Shown here: in pieces, positions 18,756 through 30,154 of the stretch
Position numbering within the stretch: the first letter of the stretch is position 1
How the letters are laid out: every line of letters begins with the position of its first letter
NCBI GenBank assembly: GCA_000092065.1
Contig: CP000591.1
Reading direction: 5' to 3' (one strand)
Source: Ostreococcus lucimarinus
Taxonomy: Eukaryota
DNA length: 64,000 nucleotides
Notes under the pieces: generated by a model
Seen by the model: the letters and a program-made list of their open reading frames with translations, nothing else
Database searches by the model: none
Told to the model about the DNA's origin: nothing
Translations under genes and position numbers: made by a program

Positions 18756-21701
18756 TCACGTCGGACTCCACGAACAATACGTGCCTTCGCAGACGTACTC
18801 TAACGCGCTATCGACGTAGTTCAAATGATATGGCAAGGATGCCACGGACCCGTCTTGTTGAAGCGGCGGCGCCTCACCCGTGAGGCTTCGTCGCTCAATT
18901 TCGTCAAAGTTGACGCGAGGGAAATTTTGGATGACTATGTAATCGCTGCTTTCATGCGTCGGCACGACTCTGGGTACTTGAATGCCGAACGCTATGGCAG
19001 TTTCTTCAGGACTCCACAAATTAATACCTCCGGATAAGTTGTCCATCTTCTCGGAACACTCCGACCGGAACGTTTGCGACGGGATGAATCGAGACCCGAA
19101 CGATAAAACGCCGTGACACTCCCCCGCCGGGACGCGGTGCAGCGCTTTCTCAGAATCGTCGGACATCACAGGGGGTGGATCCCAACAAATCCACTGATGC
19201 ACAGTATAATATTCACCGGCCTGCACCGGCTCTTCGTACGCGAGGTGAACCGCCATAAGGATCAGCAGGCGCTCGCCGCTCGGGCTCCACTGAATCACCT
19301 CGATGGTGTAACGCAAGACCTCATTCACCACAGATAACACGGGAACTTGGCGCGAACCGTTCCAGGAAGCATAGTTTCGCACGCTAACTTCATCGTATGA
19401 TTTGTTCCATCTGTTCGCACCGTTCAAGATGCTCGTGAAATCGATCACCTGCATCATCGGACCCAGAGTGGGAGGACCCATCCAGTCGCCCTCGGCGTCG
19501 AGATTAAAGTCTACACAGCGCACGAAGAGGCCGTCTACGGTCGACCAAACGACTTGGCGACCTCCCGCCCTTCCAGCATAAAGAAACCGAGCGACTATGT
19601 TGGGCTCCGCGTACGCTGGTGCGGGCGAGATTTCAGTTATCACGCACTCACTAATATTTTGAAACAGTTCGTCGTCGTCCCCGCTGATGAAGGGCTTTAT
19701 CTTTCGTTCCTTGATCGCTTTTTCCGACGGCACCGGAACCATGACGAGGAAGGCGTAGTACGCAGTATCATGATCATCATCATAACGCTCCGGGATAGAC
19801 GACGGTAAAAGCCAAAACCCACGCCCATTAACGTCGCCTCGCTTGGAAGGAACCCATTCGATGCGCTTTGCCGTTTCGTCAGTGTACAGTCGCGCGAGCG
19901 GTTGTTTGGCGTGTTCCTTCACCAAGATATCCGTCAACTTACGAAAGTTGGGGATGTTTGACCACCACGTGCCCGCCTTGAGACAACTCCAATCACTGCG
20001 ATCAATACTATTTGCAGAGTCTTTTATACGTTTAAGCGCGCCATGCTCCGAATCTTCATCGCGTTTTGCCGAAGTCGAGGGTTTTTCGTTGCCCCGCGCG
20101 CCCAAAGTAGCAGACTTTACGCCGGCGAGAATGTTACGACTGAGCTGTTGCCACCAAGTCATCTTGGGCGTTGACACCACTTCTTGACAATCGCGTGTCG
20201 CTCGCTCGTGAATGTCGTCCTGAAAGGCGGATTCGAGCGGCTCAGACGCTGTGTCGCACGCTGGGTGCGCCGCGTTTGAGTTTGCCGATGTGAGAGAATG
20301 ATTGAGAGATCTCGGAACATCGACCGCATCCGGGGGCATTTCGTATTCGCGCTCAAAACCATCTGATGCGTACAGACTGTCGTCGTCTGACGAAACCTCG
20401 TCAAACGCTCGAGTTCCCGGCCAACGATCAGACAGCGGGATCGCGCCCCCGCGTATTCCTTGTTTCCTCAGCAACATGATTTCTCGTTGATCGCCGAACA
20501 TCAGCAAGGAATTGTTATCGATGGGAGAGATGGCGAATCGGATGCTATCCGTACCGCTCGCAACCCTCGTGACGTGCTCTGACGGTGGCGGCACGGGCGA
20601 AGTGCCACTCTTGCCGTTACTGGGACCGTACAAGGACGTAATGCTGATTGCACAATCGAGCGTATATAGCGACGACTCCATGCGGTCTTTGTGCAAGATA
20701 TTCAACATCGTCCCACAAGGCGCAAATGCCATGTGTGCGCACTGTAACCCATGCGGTAACGCTATGATATTATTCATGGGCGGAGCTTCGTATGGATGTC
20801 GCCCGTGTCGCGGCGTCGACACCTCTGCATTTGTGTTTGTAAGCGCGTCGCCCCGGGCAAACTTCAGTTGCCCTGTGAGTACTGCCTTCGGCGCAGACAG
20901 TATAATCTTGCTATGACACGTTTTGGACTCCGCGCCGTTCACGAGGAAAGCACACGCCAGTAATTCCGACCTCGGCGACCACAGGAGCGTATGCGGAACA
21001 AACGAGTTCATCCCGCTGTCGTATACGTTGTAAATGAGTCCCCCCTTCGGTCGTGGATCGCACGTGAACAATTGTTCTTGATTTATCACGGCCAGTCTAC
21101 CGAGGTGACCAATCTTCGACCGCAATTCGCTCGAGCTCGGTCCGGAAGCGTCCGCGCTCAACGCGCGCGTGGCGTCGCCCCGCGCCGCCATCTCGGCGTA
21201 CGCCTTCGTGTTCATCATCGCGCACCCTTTCAGCGTGTGAAGACGCCACATGAACAACTCCTTGTAGCTGAACGCACGAAACTTCCCACTGCCGTTTTGC
21301 ATCAAATCCTCTCGCATCAGCGCGCGCGGTTCGAGTTTAATCAACAACTCGAGCCACAGTTCGTCGTTTTCCCTCCCCGTCGCTTCAAAATCCTTACACG
21401 CGCACGTCGCCATCGCCAGCGAGTAACCATCAAGTTCTTTCATTATCTTCACCACCAGCTCCGTCGGCAGCGTCGCAAATCCTCCGAACGTCGTCCGCGC
21501 GTCCCGCCTTCCCGCGTCGTCGCGTTTGCGTCGCGCGCGCTTCTTCCCTCTCGACTGCGTCTCCGCGTCGTCGCCCTCGCGCTCCGCACCGCGCGTTCGC
21601 GCGTCGCGCGCGAGCGTCATTGTTCTCGCGCGCGCCGCCTCCTCCTCCTCGTCGTCGCCGTCGCCGTCGCGCGCTTCGTCGCGCGCGTCGACGTCGTTCA
21701 T
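18756..21701 (-). CDS. F-box domain protein, function unknown
   Basis: An ATG at 21701 follows a low-complexity upstream extension. The sequence LPTELVVKIMKELDGYSLAMATCACKDFEATGRENDELWLELL is F-box-like. The remainder has no motif I recognise. Its AT-ending codon usage is higher than in neighbouring genes. Confidence 0.45.
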   Translation of the reverse strand: MNDVDARDEARDGDGDDEEEEAARARTMTLARDARTRGAEREGDDAETQSRGKKRARRKRDDAGRRDARTTFGGFATLPTELVVKIMKELDGYSLAMATCACKDFEATGRENDELWLELLIKLEPRALMREDLMQNGSGKFRAFSYKELFMWRLHTLKGCAMMNTKAYAEMAARGDATRALSADASGPSSSELRSKIGHLGRLAVINQEQLFTCDPRPKGGLIYNVYDSGMNSFVPHTLLWSPRSELLACAFLVNGAESKTCHSKIILSAPKAVLTGQLKFARGDALTNTNAEVSTPRHGRHPYEAPPMNNIIALPHGLQCAHMAFAPCGTMLNILHKDRMESSLYTLDCAISITSLYGPSNGKSGTSPVPPPSEHVTRVASGTDSIRFAISPIDNNSLLMFGDQREIMLLRKQGIRGGAIPLSDRWPGTRAFDEVSSDDDSLYASDGFEREYEMPPDAVDVPRSLNHSLTSANSNAAHPACDTASEPLESAFQDDIHERATRDCQEVVSTPKMTWWQQLSRNILAGVKSATLGARGNEKPSTSAKRDEDSEHGALKRIKDSANSIDRSDWSCLKAGTWWSNIPNFRKLTDILVKEHAKQPLARLYTDETAKRIEWVPSKRGDVNGRGFWLLPSSIPERYDDDHDTAYYAFLVMVPVPSEKAIKERKIKPFISGDDDELFQNISECVITEISPAPAYAEPNIVARFLYAGRAGGRQVVWSTVDGLFVRCVDFNLDAEGDWMGPPTLGPMMQVIDFTSILNGANRWNKSYDEVSVRNYASWNGSRQVPVLSVVNEVLRYTIEVIQWSPSGERLLILMAVHLAYEEPVQAGEYYTVHQWICWDPPPVMSDDSEKALHRVPAGECHGVLSFGSRFIPSQTFRSECSEKMDNLSGGINLWSPEETAIAFGIQVPRVVPTHESSDYIVIQNFPRVNFDEIERRSLTGEAPPLQQDGSVASLPYHLNYVDSALEYVCEGTYCSWSPT

Positions 21702-21961
21702 CTTCCCGCGCCGTCGCGTCGTCGTCGTCGCGCGCGCGTCGCGCGTCGCTCGCGGGCGCGACGGCGATGAAATCGTCGACGCCGTCTTCGTCGCGCGCGC
21801 GTCGGCGCGTCGGCGCGTCGGCGCGTCGGCGCGCGTCGCGTTCTTCGGATGAAAGGGCCGGAGACGGCGCCGGAGCGGTGCCGCGGTCGGTCGGTCGGTC
21901 GGACCGCGAACGCCGGCGCGCGACGACCGCTTTACGTTTCGCTTCGTTTGGTTGCGTCGAA

Positions 21962-24900
21962 TCACACGCCTCGCTTGGCGAGTCTAGGGGTCAGGTCTAA
22001 GGTGCGACCGCGGTCGGGCGCGGCGCCGATCTCGCGACGGACGGCGTCGACGAGCGCGCGCGCGGGTTTGGTCGAACGCAAATGCGGCTTGCCGGCGGCG
22101 GCGGCGGCGGCGAGGACGCGGATGTACTCGTTGACGATGGCGTCGATGCGATCGGGAGAATGACTGGGTAAGATGGAGTGACGGAAGATGTGCGTCAGAG
22201 CGGTGGTCAAGGCGTCGGATTGCCGGGCGTGGACGACGGCGAGGATGGCGAAGGATTCGTTGAGCGCGCCGACGGAGACGGCGTCGGAGAGGTCTAAATC
22301 ACCGCGTATAGGCGGTAAGATGCAGCACTCCACGCACACGCGTTCGACAACGAATCGCGTAAAGCCTGGTACGCGTTCATCTCTCGGTCCTTTGGCAGGC
22401 GCTGACGACGTCGGCGCACCTTCGAGCGAAGGTGGTTCGTCGGGCGATGTGTCCAACGTCCATTCTTCAACGAAGCTCTTGAGCGCGGTCAGGGCGACTT
22501 TGCGCGCGCTCACCATGCCGTGCGACTGCGCAGCTTGGACAAGATGCGACAACAGCTGCTCTCTGAGCGGCGCGGTACGCTTGGTGTTGGGATATCCCGT
22601 GAATGTGGGCGCAATGAGCGCGTTGGCGCCGAGGGCCGCCGTCGTAGTAAGCCACATACGTTCGAGCTCGTCGGCTTCGCGCACAACTTCCGTGTTCGTG
22701 GCAATACTCCCCCCCACGGACTCAACCGATGCCTGTGCGTACGCGCTGGAGATCGTGTTGAAGATTTGAGCGGCAAGACCTGGTAATACTTCAACAACAA
22801 ATGGCGCGAGCTCGGCGGCGTACGTCGACGCGAGTTGATTGAAAAGCACCAACGTCTCGCGAAGCTCCACGGCGTCGGCATCGCGACGGAGCTTATGGAC
22901 CGTCGGAGCCAAGTACGGTGTCACAGTCGGTCCGAGCAAATCAATCATTCTGTGCAAGAAACCAGTGGCACGATTGCGCACGCTCGCGTCTCGCGGCCAC
23001 ACGTCGAGACATCGAAGCGACATCTCCAAACACGATCTAAACACTTCTCCAGTGCGAGGTCTACTCGTCAAACATGTTCGCTGCGAAAATCCTTTGGATA
23101 TATTCCCGAACGCCACGATGGCGCGCGTTGCCAATGCGATGCGAATTGGCGCGTCCTCGCCCGACTGTCCTCCCGCCGCGACTTCCTCGATTTGACGACA
23201 AAGCCCAGCGGCGATTTGCGATAAATACCTATACTGTTCCTCTTCTTTCACCTCATCCGCGCCTAGCATCGTGCCGAAGGCTTCGAACAGGTACAACCGA
23301 TCGTCGTTTCCGCTCTCAGCCATCGCTCGAGACTGAATACCAGCCGCGCTCACAGATACAAACGCAGCGTTCTGCGTCGCCGGTTCCGGCAACGATCTCG
23401 CGAATTCCGTGAGATAGGCCGGGAGTACGCACATGATGTTTTCCACCTTATCCGAAAGCTTGCAGCGAAGCGGTCGGGACAGACGCGAAATCAAGTAACA
23501 TGCACGCGACCGCACGGCGAGATCGACGTGACCTATACCTCGCTCGTCTAAGAACGCAGTCAAGGCGGCGACTAGAGCGGCGTCATCGCGCTCCAAAACG
23601 GCGTGATATCTGACGCAAATCTCCAAAAACGTCGGCGCTACGAGGCGATGGTACGCCGCGCGACCAACACTCGTGCCCCATTCGCGTATAAGCGATACCA
23701 CTAGCGCTCCGAGGGGGGTGTCTGTGACCTCACCGGTGCCGTTCGTCGCCTTGGCTCGATCCGCGATGGACATGGGTTTCACCGCGGCGTCGTCGGCGCC
23801 TTCTCCCAGGGTGAACAGCGCCGAAATCGCGACCTCGACGTTTTGCCAGCAAAGCTGGTTTCCTTCGCCACTACCCACGACGGCGCTCATCAAGACTTGA
23901 CGAACGACTTCGCGCGCCAAGTGTGGTGCGAGCCGCGCTATGTTCTTCAGCTGCACGTTTAGTTCAGCGCGAAGACTGAAGACGTCCGCTTCAAATTCTT
24001 GCGTGAGGGCGTTGGAGCCGTCGTTCCAATCCAAGCCGTCTATGTGTTCTGTAGGGAACGCCCCACGCGCTATGAGCGCCTGACACGCCGACGTAAGCGC
24101 CGGCTGCGCCGCATTCAACAACGCCGGCTGTGATTTCATGTACCCAATGTACGCCGTGAGGAATGGTAGCGCCACGAGCACGGCGCGCTCGTGCTTAAAA
24201 CTGATGCTCGACAAAACCAACGGAGTCACCTGATGCAAGGACGAACTGACCTCAGCGGACAGTTCAACACCGAGAGCCGTTATATTCTCGACTTTGTTGG
24301 CGTTCAAAAGCTCCGCGGCGACCGCGGCGGCGAGATTGGTCACCTGAGTTACGAATTCTTCGTCGAAATCATCCTGGGTAGCCGCGCAAATCACCTGCAA
24401 CCGAGCGCACACTTCTACGATCTTCGTGCTGATGATCAGGCGCACTTTTGCACTCGTTTCCATGCCTTTCGTTATGACGGCGTGCAAATACCCTACCGCC
24501 GCGGCGCGCAAACTTTCATCCGCCGCGCCGCTCAAATCGTCGAGCATCAAACACTCCTTGGCGCCCTTCACGTACTCTTCGCTCGCGACAAGACCGACGT
24601 CCACCCACTCGACGTATCGCCGCGCGACAGACCATACCCGCGTCGCCACGCGTGGATCGACGCGCGCATAATGTTCCAAACACTGCCTCCAAGCATCGAA
24701 AACTAAGCGCAAGCTCCCATCCGCTCGCATCGCTTCCTTGATGCGCATCGAACGCGCGAAGTCCTCCTTCCCTGCTCTTCCCGCGTCCACGGTCGCGATC
24801 AGCTCCTCGTCGATCGCCTCGAGCACACGCGTGAACATATCCACGCCTTGCGTCCCTCGGCTCAATAGATTCGCCAAATCCGCGAAGAACGAGGGCCATC

Positions 24901-25360
24901 GTTCTGGGTACTCCAGCGCCACGGCGTACGCGCACGCCTGCGCGAGCTTATTTTTCACGAACGCCGGCGTCGACGTCGACGAGGCCGCCGTCGCCGCCGA
25001 ACTCCGTCGATCATCTCCACCGTCTCCTCCCGTCGCGCTCTCGCCCGTCGCTTCGCTCACGCACGCCCCGAGCGCTCGTCGCAGCGTCTCGGCGTCTTCG
25101 TCCGACATCGTCGTCCCGCCTCCTCTCGCCTCCTTCGCCAGCGCCTCCGTCAGCGTCTGCAGGCACCAAAACTTCGTCTCGCTCGACGTCGTGCGCGAGT
25201 ACGCGCGCAGGCACACCGCCCACGCCCGCGCGTCGCGTTTCAGCGCGTCCAGCGCGCGCGACGCGTCCGCCGCCTTCGCCGTCGCGCGCGCGTCGTTCGT
25301 CCGCGCGAACGCGTCGCGCACGACCGCATCGAGCGCATCGACGTCGTCCAGCGTCGTCAT
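21962..25360 (-). CDS. Importin-beta family karyopherin, exportin-T (tRNA exportin)-like
   Basis: ATG at 25360 (MTTLDDVDALD...). The N-terminal importin-beta N-domain reads LDALKRDARAWAVCLRAYSRTTSSETKFWCLQTLTEALAK. The protein is about 1130 aa and helical/HEAT-like throughout. Confidence 0.55.
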   Translation of the reverse strand: MTTLDDVDALDAVVRDAFARTNDARATAKAADASRALDALKRDARAWAVCLRAYSRTTSSETKFWCLQTLTEALAKEARGGGTTMSDEDAETLRRALGACVSEATGESATGGDGGDDRRSSAATAASSTSTPAFVKNKLAQACAYAVALEYPERWPSFFADLANLLSRGTQGVDMFTRVLEAIDEELIATVDAGRAGKEDFARSMRIKEAMRADGSLRLVFDAWRQCLEHYARVDPRVATRVWSVARRYVEWVDVGLVASEEYVKGAKECLMLDDLSGAADESLRAAAVGYLHAVITKGMETSAKVRLIISTKIVEVCARLQVICAATQDDFDEEFVTQVTNLAAAVAAELLNANKVENITALGVELSAEVSSSLHQVTPLVLSSISFKHERAVLVALPFLTAYIGYMKSQPALLNAAQPALTSACQALIARGAFPTEHIDGLDWNDGSNALTQEFEADVFSLRAELNVQLKNIARLAPHLAREVVRQVLMSAVVGSGEGNQLCWQNVEVAISALFTLGEGADDAAVKPMSIADRAKATNGTGEVTDTPLGALVVSLIREWGTSVGRAAYHRLVAPTFLEICVRYHAVLERDDAALVAALTAFLDERGIGHVDLAVRSRACYLISRLSRPLRCKLSDKVENIMCVLPAYLTEFARSLPEPATQNAAFVSVSAAGIQSRAMAESGNDDRLYLFEAFGTMLGADEVKEEEQYRYLSQIAAGLCRQIEEVAAGGQSGEDAPIRIALATRAIVAFGNISKGFSQRTCLTSRPRTGEVFRSCLEMSLRCLDVWPRDASVRNRATGFLHRMIDLLGPTVTPYLAPTVHKLRRDADAVELRETLVLFNQLASTYAAELAPFVVEVLPGLAAQIFNTISSAYAQASVESVGGSIATNTEVVREADELERMWLTTTAALGANALIAPTFTGYPNTKRTAPLREQLLSHLVQAAQSHGMVSARKVALTALKSFVEEWTLDTSPDEPPSLEGAPTSSAPAKGPRDERVPGFTRFVVERVCVECCILPPIRGDLDLSDAVSVGALNESFAILAVVHARQSDALTTALTHIFRHSILPSHSPDRIDAIVNEYIRVLAAAAAAGKPHLRSTKPARALVDAVRREIGAAPDRGRTLDLTPRLAKRGV

Positions 25361-25941
25361 CCGCTCGATCGCGCGCGTCGCGCGCGGCGCGCGCCGTCGT
25401 CCCGTCGCGCGTCGTAACCGACGCGCGTCGCGGCGGGGCACTGCTCCACACACGGACCGTCGATCGACCATCAGACGCACGTCACACACGGATACCACCC
25501 AAAACGACACCGCACTGTTCGCCCACACGAGTCGATCGCGCGGGTTCGGACGCGCGGATAACGCGACGCCGCGGCGACGGCGCTTCGCGACGCGAGGCGC
25601 GCGCGCGGTGCGTGCGCGCGCGACGCGACGCGCGCGACGACGCGATCGACTCGACGCGCGCGCGACTCGATATCACGCGATCGACGCGAAAATCGCGACG
25701 ATCGCGACGATCGCGCGCGAACGCGCGACGGATTCGACGCAAGATGAACGCCGCGCGGCCGGATGCGTCGTACCCCCGACGACGACGAACGGGGCGACGG
25801 CGCGACGGCCGATGGCGCGACGGCCGATGGCGGCGACGACGCGACGATCGATGCGAGACTGACCGATGACGACGGCGACGCGACGAACCGCAGGAAAACC
25901 ACCGACGCGAACCTCGGGAAGCGGCGTAGATCTCGCGCGAA

Positions 25942-26526
25942 ATGTCCGTCGACGCGGCGAGCGCGAGCGCGGGCGCGGGCGTCTTCGGCGCCGTCGGTCG
26001 GGTGAAGGAGTCGGCGCAACACGTCTGGGCGCAACAGAAACCGATGAGTGAAATATTGGATGCGTCGGCGTACGCGCGTCCGGTGAGTTTCGGCGACGCG
26101 ACGTCGAGGATGCAGAAAAACTTAAACTACTTCAGAATCAACTACTTGGTCTTCGCGAGCGCCGTGCTCTCGCTCTTTGTGTTGTTTCATCCGAGCTCGT
26201 TGGCGATTTTTGGCTCCGTCGCCGCGGCGTGGGTGTACGTGTTTTCCGTTCGCAGCGAACCGCTTAAGATTGGAGATAGAGAGTTGAGTCATCGCGAGAC
26301 GTTGATGGGAATGTCCGCGCTGAGCGCGTTCGTAATCTTCATGCTCACGAGCGCGGGCACGGTTTTGTTTAGCGGCCTCGGCGTGGCGTTGCTCGGCGTC
26401 GGCGCGCACGCCGCGGCGCGCGTTCCGGACGATTTGTTCGTCGAGGACGCGAACGACAATAAAGGATTCTTCTCGTTCTTAGAGCCTCCTTCGCGTAACG
26501 GTCAGGTTTCGTCGGGCACCGTGTAA
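25942..26526 (+). CDS. PRA1 (prenylated Rab acceptor/Yip3) family protein
   Basis: ATG at 25942. The sequence FGDATSRMQKNLNYFRINYLVFASAVLSLFVLFHP...IFGSVAAAWVYVF is typical of PRA1, and four hydrophobic segments are present. Confidence 0.8.
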   Translation: MSVDAASASAGAGVFGAVGRVKESAQHVWAQQKPMSEILDASAYARPVSFGDATSRMQKNLNYFRINYLVFASAVLSLFVLFHPSSLAIFGSVAAAWVYVFSVRSEPLKIGDRELSHRETLMGMSALSAFVIFMLTSAGTVLFSGLGVALLGVGAHAAARVPDDLFVEDANDNKGFFSFLEPPSRNGQVSSGTV

Positions 26527-26705
26527 TTACATAAACTCTCAACGCCCCGCCTCGAGCCCGCGGTCGTCCACGCGCGAATCGACGCGCGGCGGATCGATCC
26601 CTCGTTCGGTCGGTCGGTCGCGTCATTGACCGTCGCGCCGCGCGCGAGTCGCTCGCGAGTCGGAACCGTCGACGATCGCCGCGCGCCGACGCGTTCGTCG
26701 CCGTC

Positions 26706-27611
26706 ATGCACGCCCTCGCGCCGCGCGCCGACGCGAGGCCGTCGTCGTCGGGACGTCGCCATCGTCGACACCGCGCGCGAAATCAAAATCAGCGGACCGC
26801 GACGACGTGCGCGTCGACGACGAGCGCGCGAGTGACGCGCGCGGTGAAAGCGCGATCGCGCGCGTCGATCGCGCGAACGTGCGAAACGCGCGCGGTCGGA
26901 TCGCCGAACGACGAGGCGCTGACGTGGGACGAGATTGAAAACATCGTCAATCGCGACGTGGTGCGAAGCGTCATGACGTCGCGAGTGCTGACGGTGCGAC
27001 CGGATGAGAGCGTGTTTGAGGCGATGAAATTGTTAGTCGATAATCGAATCAGCGCCGTGCCGGTGGTGAACGCGAGTGGTGAGGTTTTGGGCGTGGTGAG
27101 CGAGTACGACCTCATGGCGCGCGTGGGGAAGAAGGAGACGACGAAGAGCGTGGCGGATGACGGGATGTTTCCGCGCGTTGGACGATGCGATGAGTTTAAT
27201 GGGAACGTGAAAGAAATGTGGAGTCAGTTTCACAACTTGCAAGAGCGCATGTATAAAGCCAGCGGGTCGAAGGTATCGACGGCGATGCACGAGGCGACGA
27301 CGTGCACGCCGGACATGCCCCTCGTGGAGGCGACGGAATTGATGCTCAACGGTAATCTCGCGCGCATGCCCGTCGTGGACGATCGCGGCGCGTTAGTCGG
27401 GATTTTATCTCGCGGCGACATCATGCGCAGGACTTTTCAAGCGTTTCTGTTGGCGCAACAAACGTCGGACAAGGAGTCGTTCGCCAAGGAGGTGATGCGT
27501 CTCGATGCGAGCGACCCGAAAATCGTCTCCGAGATCAACGACTCCCCGGGCGTCGTGGAATTCTGCGAGGCGCAGCCGGACGATGATGAGTGTCGCATCT
27601 ACGAAGATTAA
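26706..27611 (+). CDS. CBSX: CBS-domain pair protein, chloroplast CBSX1/2-like
   Basis: ATG at 26706 with an R/S/T-rich transit-peptide-like N-terminus. CBS1 reads VRSVMTSRVLTVRPDESVFEAMKLLVDNRISAVPVVNASGEVLGVVSEYDLMA. A linker follows (MFPRV...WSQFHNLQ). CBS2 reads LARMPVVDDRGALVGILSRGDIMRRTF. Confidence 0.72.
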   Translation: MHALAPRADARPSSSGRRHRRHRARNQNQRTATTCASTTSARVTRAVKARSRASIARTCETRAVGSPNDEALTWDEIENIVNRDVVRSVMTSRVLTVRPDESVFEAMKLLVDNRISAVPVVNASGEVLGVVSEYDLMARVGKKETTKSVADDGMFPRVGRCDEFNGNVKEMWSQFHNLQERMYKASGSKVSTAMHEATTCTPDMPLVEATELMLNGNLARMPVVDDRGALVGILSRGDIMRRTFQAFLLAQQTSDKESFAKEVMRLDASDPKIVSEINDSPGVVEFCEAQPDDDECRIYED

Positions 27612-27780
27612 GTCGTACTTTTGTAAATCACCGTTATCCACGCGATTCTTCCGGCTTTGGCTTTGGCTTTTGCTGCCTGGCTTTGGCTGCGGCGCGCCGC
27701 GGCGCCGTCGACCGCACAACTCGACGATCGGCGACGCTCGGCGATCGCGATCTCGACGCGAGCGTCCGACGCGAAGCGAC

Positions 27781-30039
27781 ATGCCCCGCGCCGAGTCTAA
27801 GGCTGGCGGTGGCGCTAAAGCGCGTCGCGCGGCGAAACGCACGAATAAATTCAATCCGAGCGCCGCCGCCGCCGCGCCCGCGCTCGTGAACGTCGGCGAC
27901 GCGTCGCAGTACGACGATGAGCGCGCGATCGAGCTCGAGCGGAGGAAGAAATCAAACGTTAAGCAAGGGAAGAAGCTTGGCAAGCGAAAGAAGGGAGCGA
28001 CGAGCGACAAGGAGACTGGTTCGAGCGAGGACGCGGCGCCGAAGAAGAAGCGAAGCGACGCCGCGGCAAACGCGGAGAAGGTGGATTTTAGTAAATTGAG
28101 TCGCAAAGAAGCCAAGGCGAAGAGCGATGAGATGAAGGCGCTGAGAAAACCAAACTTTGCGCTGGTGCAGGAGTTGGCGCAGATTTGGGAACGGATGCGA
28201 GGCAAAAAGGTGTCCAAGACGGATCGAAGCGCGATGTGCGACGAAATTTACAAAAAGTGCGTGGGGAAGGTTCCCGAGTTGGCAAACAATCACAAAGGTT
28301 CGCGCGTGGTGCAGGCGGTGTTGAAATACGGCACTACCGAGCAGTGCGCTAAGATCATGAGCGAAGTGACGCCGCAGATGGCGTTGCTGTCAAAGTCGCT
28401 GTACGGGAATTTCCTGGTTCGCAAACTCATAGACGCCGCGGACAAGAAGGAGATACCGGCGCTGGTTGGGAACTTGCGCGGGCAAATCGCGCGATTGGCG
28501 CGACATCCCGTGGGGTCACAAATCGTTGAGGCTTTGTTTCACGCGGCTTCGGCGAAAGAAAAGAAGGCGATGACTTTTGAGTTTTACGGTCCAGAATTCG
28601 TGCACTTCGGCGCAGCGGACGACGTCAAGTCGCTTCGCGAAGCTTTGCTCCTCAAGCCCGTGGCGCAGCGCCAAGGCATGCTTCGTCACATCAACGTGAC
28701 GATGATTCCAGTGTTGGAAAAGGGCTTGGTATCTTCATCAGTGATCCATCGGGTATTGGCGGAGTATCTCAGCGTCGGCGGTCCGAGCACAAAAGCCGAG
28801 GCGGCGGGATCGATAGCCGCCGCCGGCTTGCTTCGCATGATGCACACGAAGGACGGCGCGCACGCGGTGAATATGATACTTGCACACTCTGGCGCCAAGC
28901 AGCGCAAGGGGGTGATCAAGGCGTTGAAAGGTCAAGTTTCGAGGGTATCGCAGGATGATTACGCCCACGTCGTCATCGCCTCGCTCTTCGATTGCGTGGA
29001 CGACACGCAGTTGTTGGGCAAGGGCGTCGTGAGTGAGCTCAAGGCAGAGAGTTTGGCAGAAGTGGCGTCGCACAAAAACGCTCGGCGTGTGCTGTTGCAC
29101 ATCCTCAATCCTCGATCCACAAGATACTTCCCATCGCACCTGCTCGAGTGCATGCCGGATCCTCAAAAAGTTCGCGAGGACGCCGAAGAAACCGTTGTGG
29201 CGATGAAGCGCGGCGGTCAAGCCCAAAAAGATGCGAATAAAGCTGTGGGCAAAGACCTTTCAGATGATGAAGACGATGATGACGATATGGGTACCGTAGA
29301 TGATGAGTTCGGCGGCGAAGACGAAGAAGAAGCGCCAGAGGGCGACGACGACGACGACGACGACGACGGTTTAGAAGAGGCGCCGGCGGATGGTCCTGAT
29401 TTTGGCATCGCCAAGAAACCTGCGAGCACGCGCCGCGCCGAACTGTTTCATCAAGGATTGGGAGACTCCCTCGTTGCAGCATGCAGCGTGAACGCGGCGT
29501 CGATGTTGCGAAGCAACCTCGCGTCCGACGTGTTGTTCGAAGTCGCTGCGGGCGGGTGTGACGACATCTTTTACAAAACTGTCGGCGACAAAAAGATGAC
29601 CGACCTATTTGAAGCCATTTCGGAAGCGGTCGCGACATCCATGACATCCGAACAAATCGACGCGGAATTGGGGGAAAAGCTCGAGCCGTTGCACGCAAAC
29701 TTTTTCTCCACGCGAACGCTTCGTCGCATGGCTTTAGAAGTCAAGCACGCCCAGTTCGTTCCCATTTTCTGGAAAAGTGCGCTGAAGGCGAACTTGAAAA
29801 CCTGGATCGACGGCCACGGCGCTAAAGTCGTCGCTGCCGTCGTTCGCACGAAAACGGATGCAAAAACGCGCAAAGAAATCCACGCAGCCGTGGGAAAACT
29901 GGTCGACAGCGGCGACGCCGCGGCGTGGTCGGAGGGATTTTTCCGCGTCAAGGATGGAGACAAGCCACGAAATTCAGCTGGGAAAGACGAGCAACCGACG
30001 TCAAAGAAGGCGAAGAAGGCGAAGAAGGCGTCAAAGTAG
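27781..30039 (+). CDS. Pumilio-family RNA-binding protein, Puf-A/PUM3/Puf6 class (nucleolar)
   Basis: ATG at 27781 (MPRAESKAGG...). The N-terminus is basic. PUF repeats include HKGSRVVQAVLKYG and SLYGNFLVRKLID. An acidic insertion with a D9 run sits at 29341-29370, and the C-terminal tail is KKAKKAKKASK. Confidence 0.75.
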   Translation: MPRAESKAGGGAKARRAAKRTNKFNPSAAAAAPALVNVGDASQYDDERAIELERRKKSNVKQGKKLGKRKKGATSDKETGSSEDAAPKKKRSDAAANAEKVDFSKLSRKEAKAKSDEMKALRKPNFALVQELAQIWERMRGKKVSKTDRSAMCDEIYKKCVGKVPELANNHKGSRVVQAVLKYGTTEQCAKIMSEVTPQMALLSKSLYGNFLVRKLIDAADKKEIPALVGNLRGQIARLARHPVGSQIVEALFHAASAKEKKAMTFEFYGPEFVHFGAADDVKSLREALLLKPVAQRQGMLRHINVTMIPVLEKGLVSSSVIHRVLAEYLSVGGPSTKAEAAGSIAAAGLLRMMHTKDGAHAVNMILAHSGAKQRKGVIKALKGQVSRVSQDDYAHVVIASLFDCVDDTQLLGKGVVSELKAESLAEVASHKNARRVLLHILNPRSTRYFPSHLLECMPDPQKVREDAEETVVAMKRGGQAQKDANKAVGKDLSDDEDDDDDMGTVDDEFGGEDEEEAPEGDDDDDDDDGLEEAPADGPDFGIAKKPASTRRAELFHQGLGDSLVAACSVNAASMLRSNLASDVLFEVAAGGCDDIFYKTVGDKKMTDLFEAISEAVATSMTSEQIDAELGEKLEPLHANFFSTRTLRRMALEVKHAQFVPIFWKSALKANLKTWIDGHGAKVVAAVVRTKTDAKTRKEIHAAVGKLVDSGDAAAWSEGFFRVKDGDKPRNSAGKDEQPTSKKAKKAKKASK

Positions 30040-30154
30040 ACTTTGCGATTGAAATATGATCTAAGAAGTACATTCATTAAACGCACTACAAACGCACTCC
30101 CGCCATGTAATATTTTTGTAACAACAGTTCGGACGCTCCGATGTACCGCGCAGC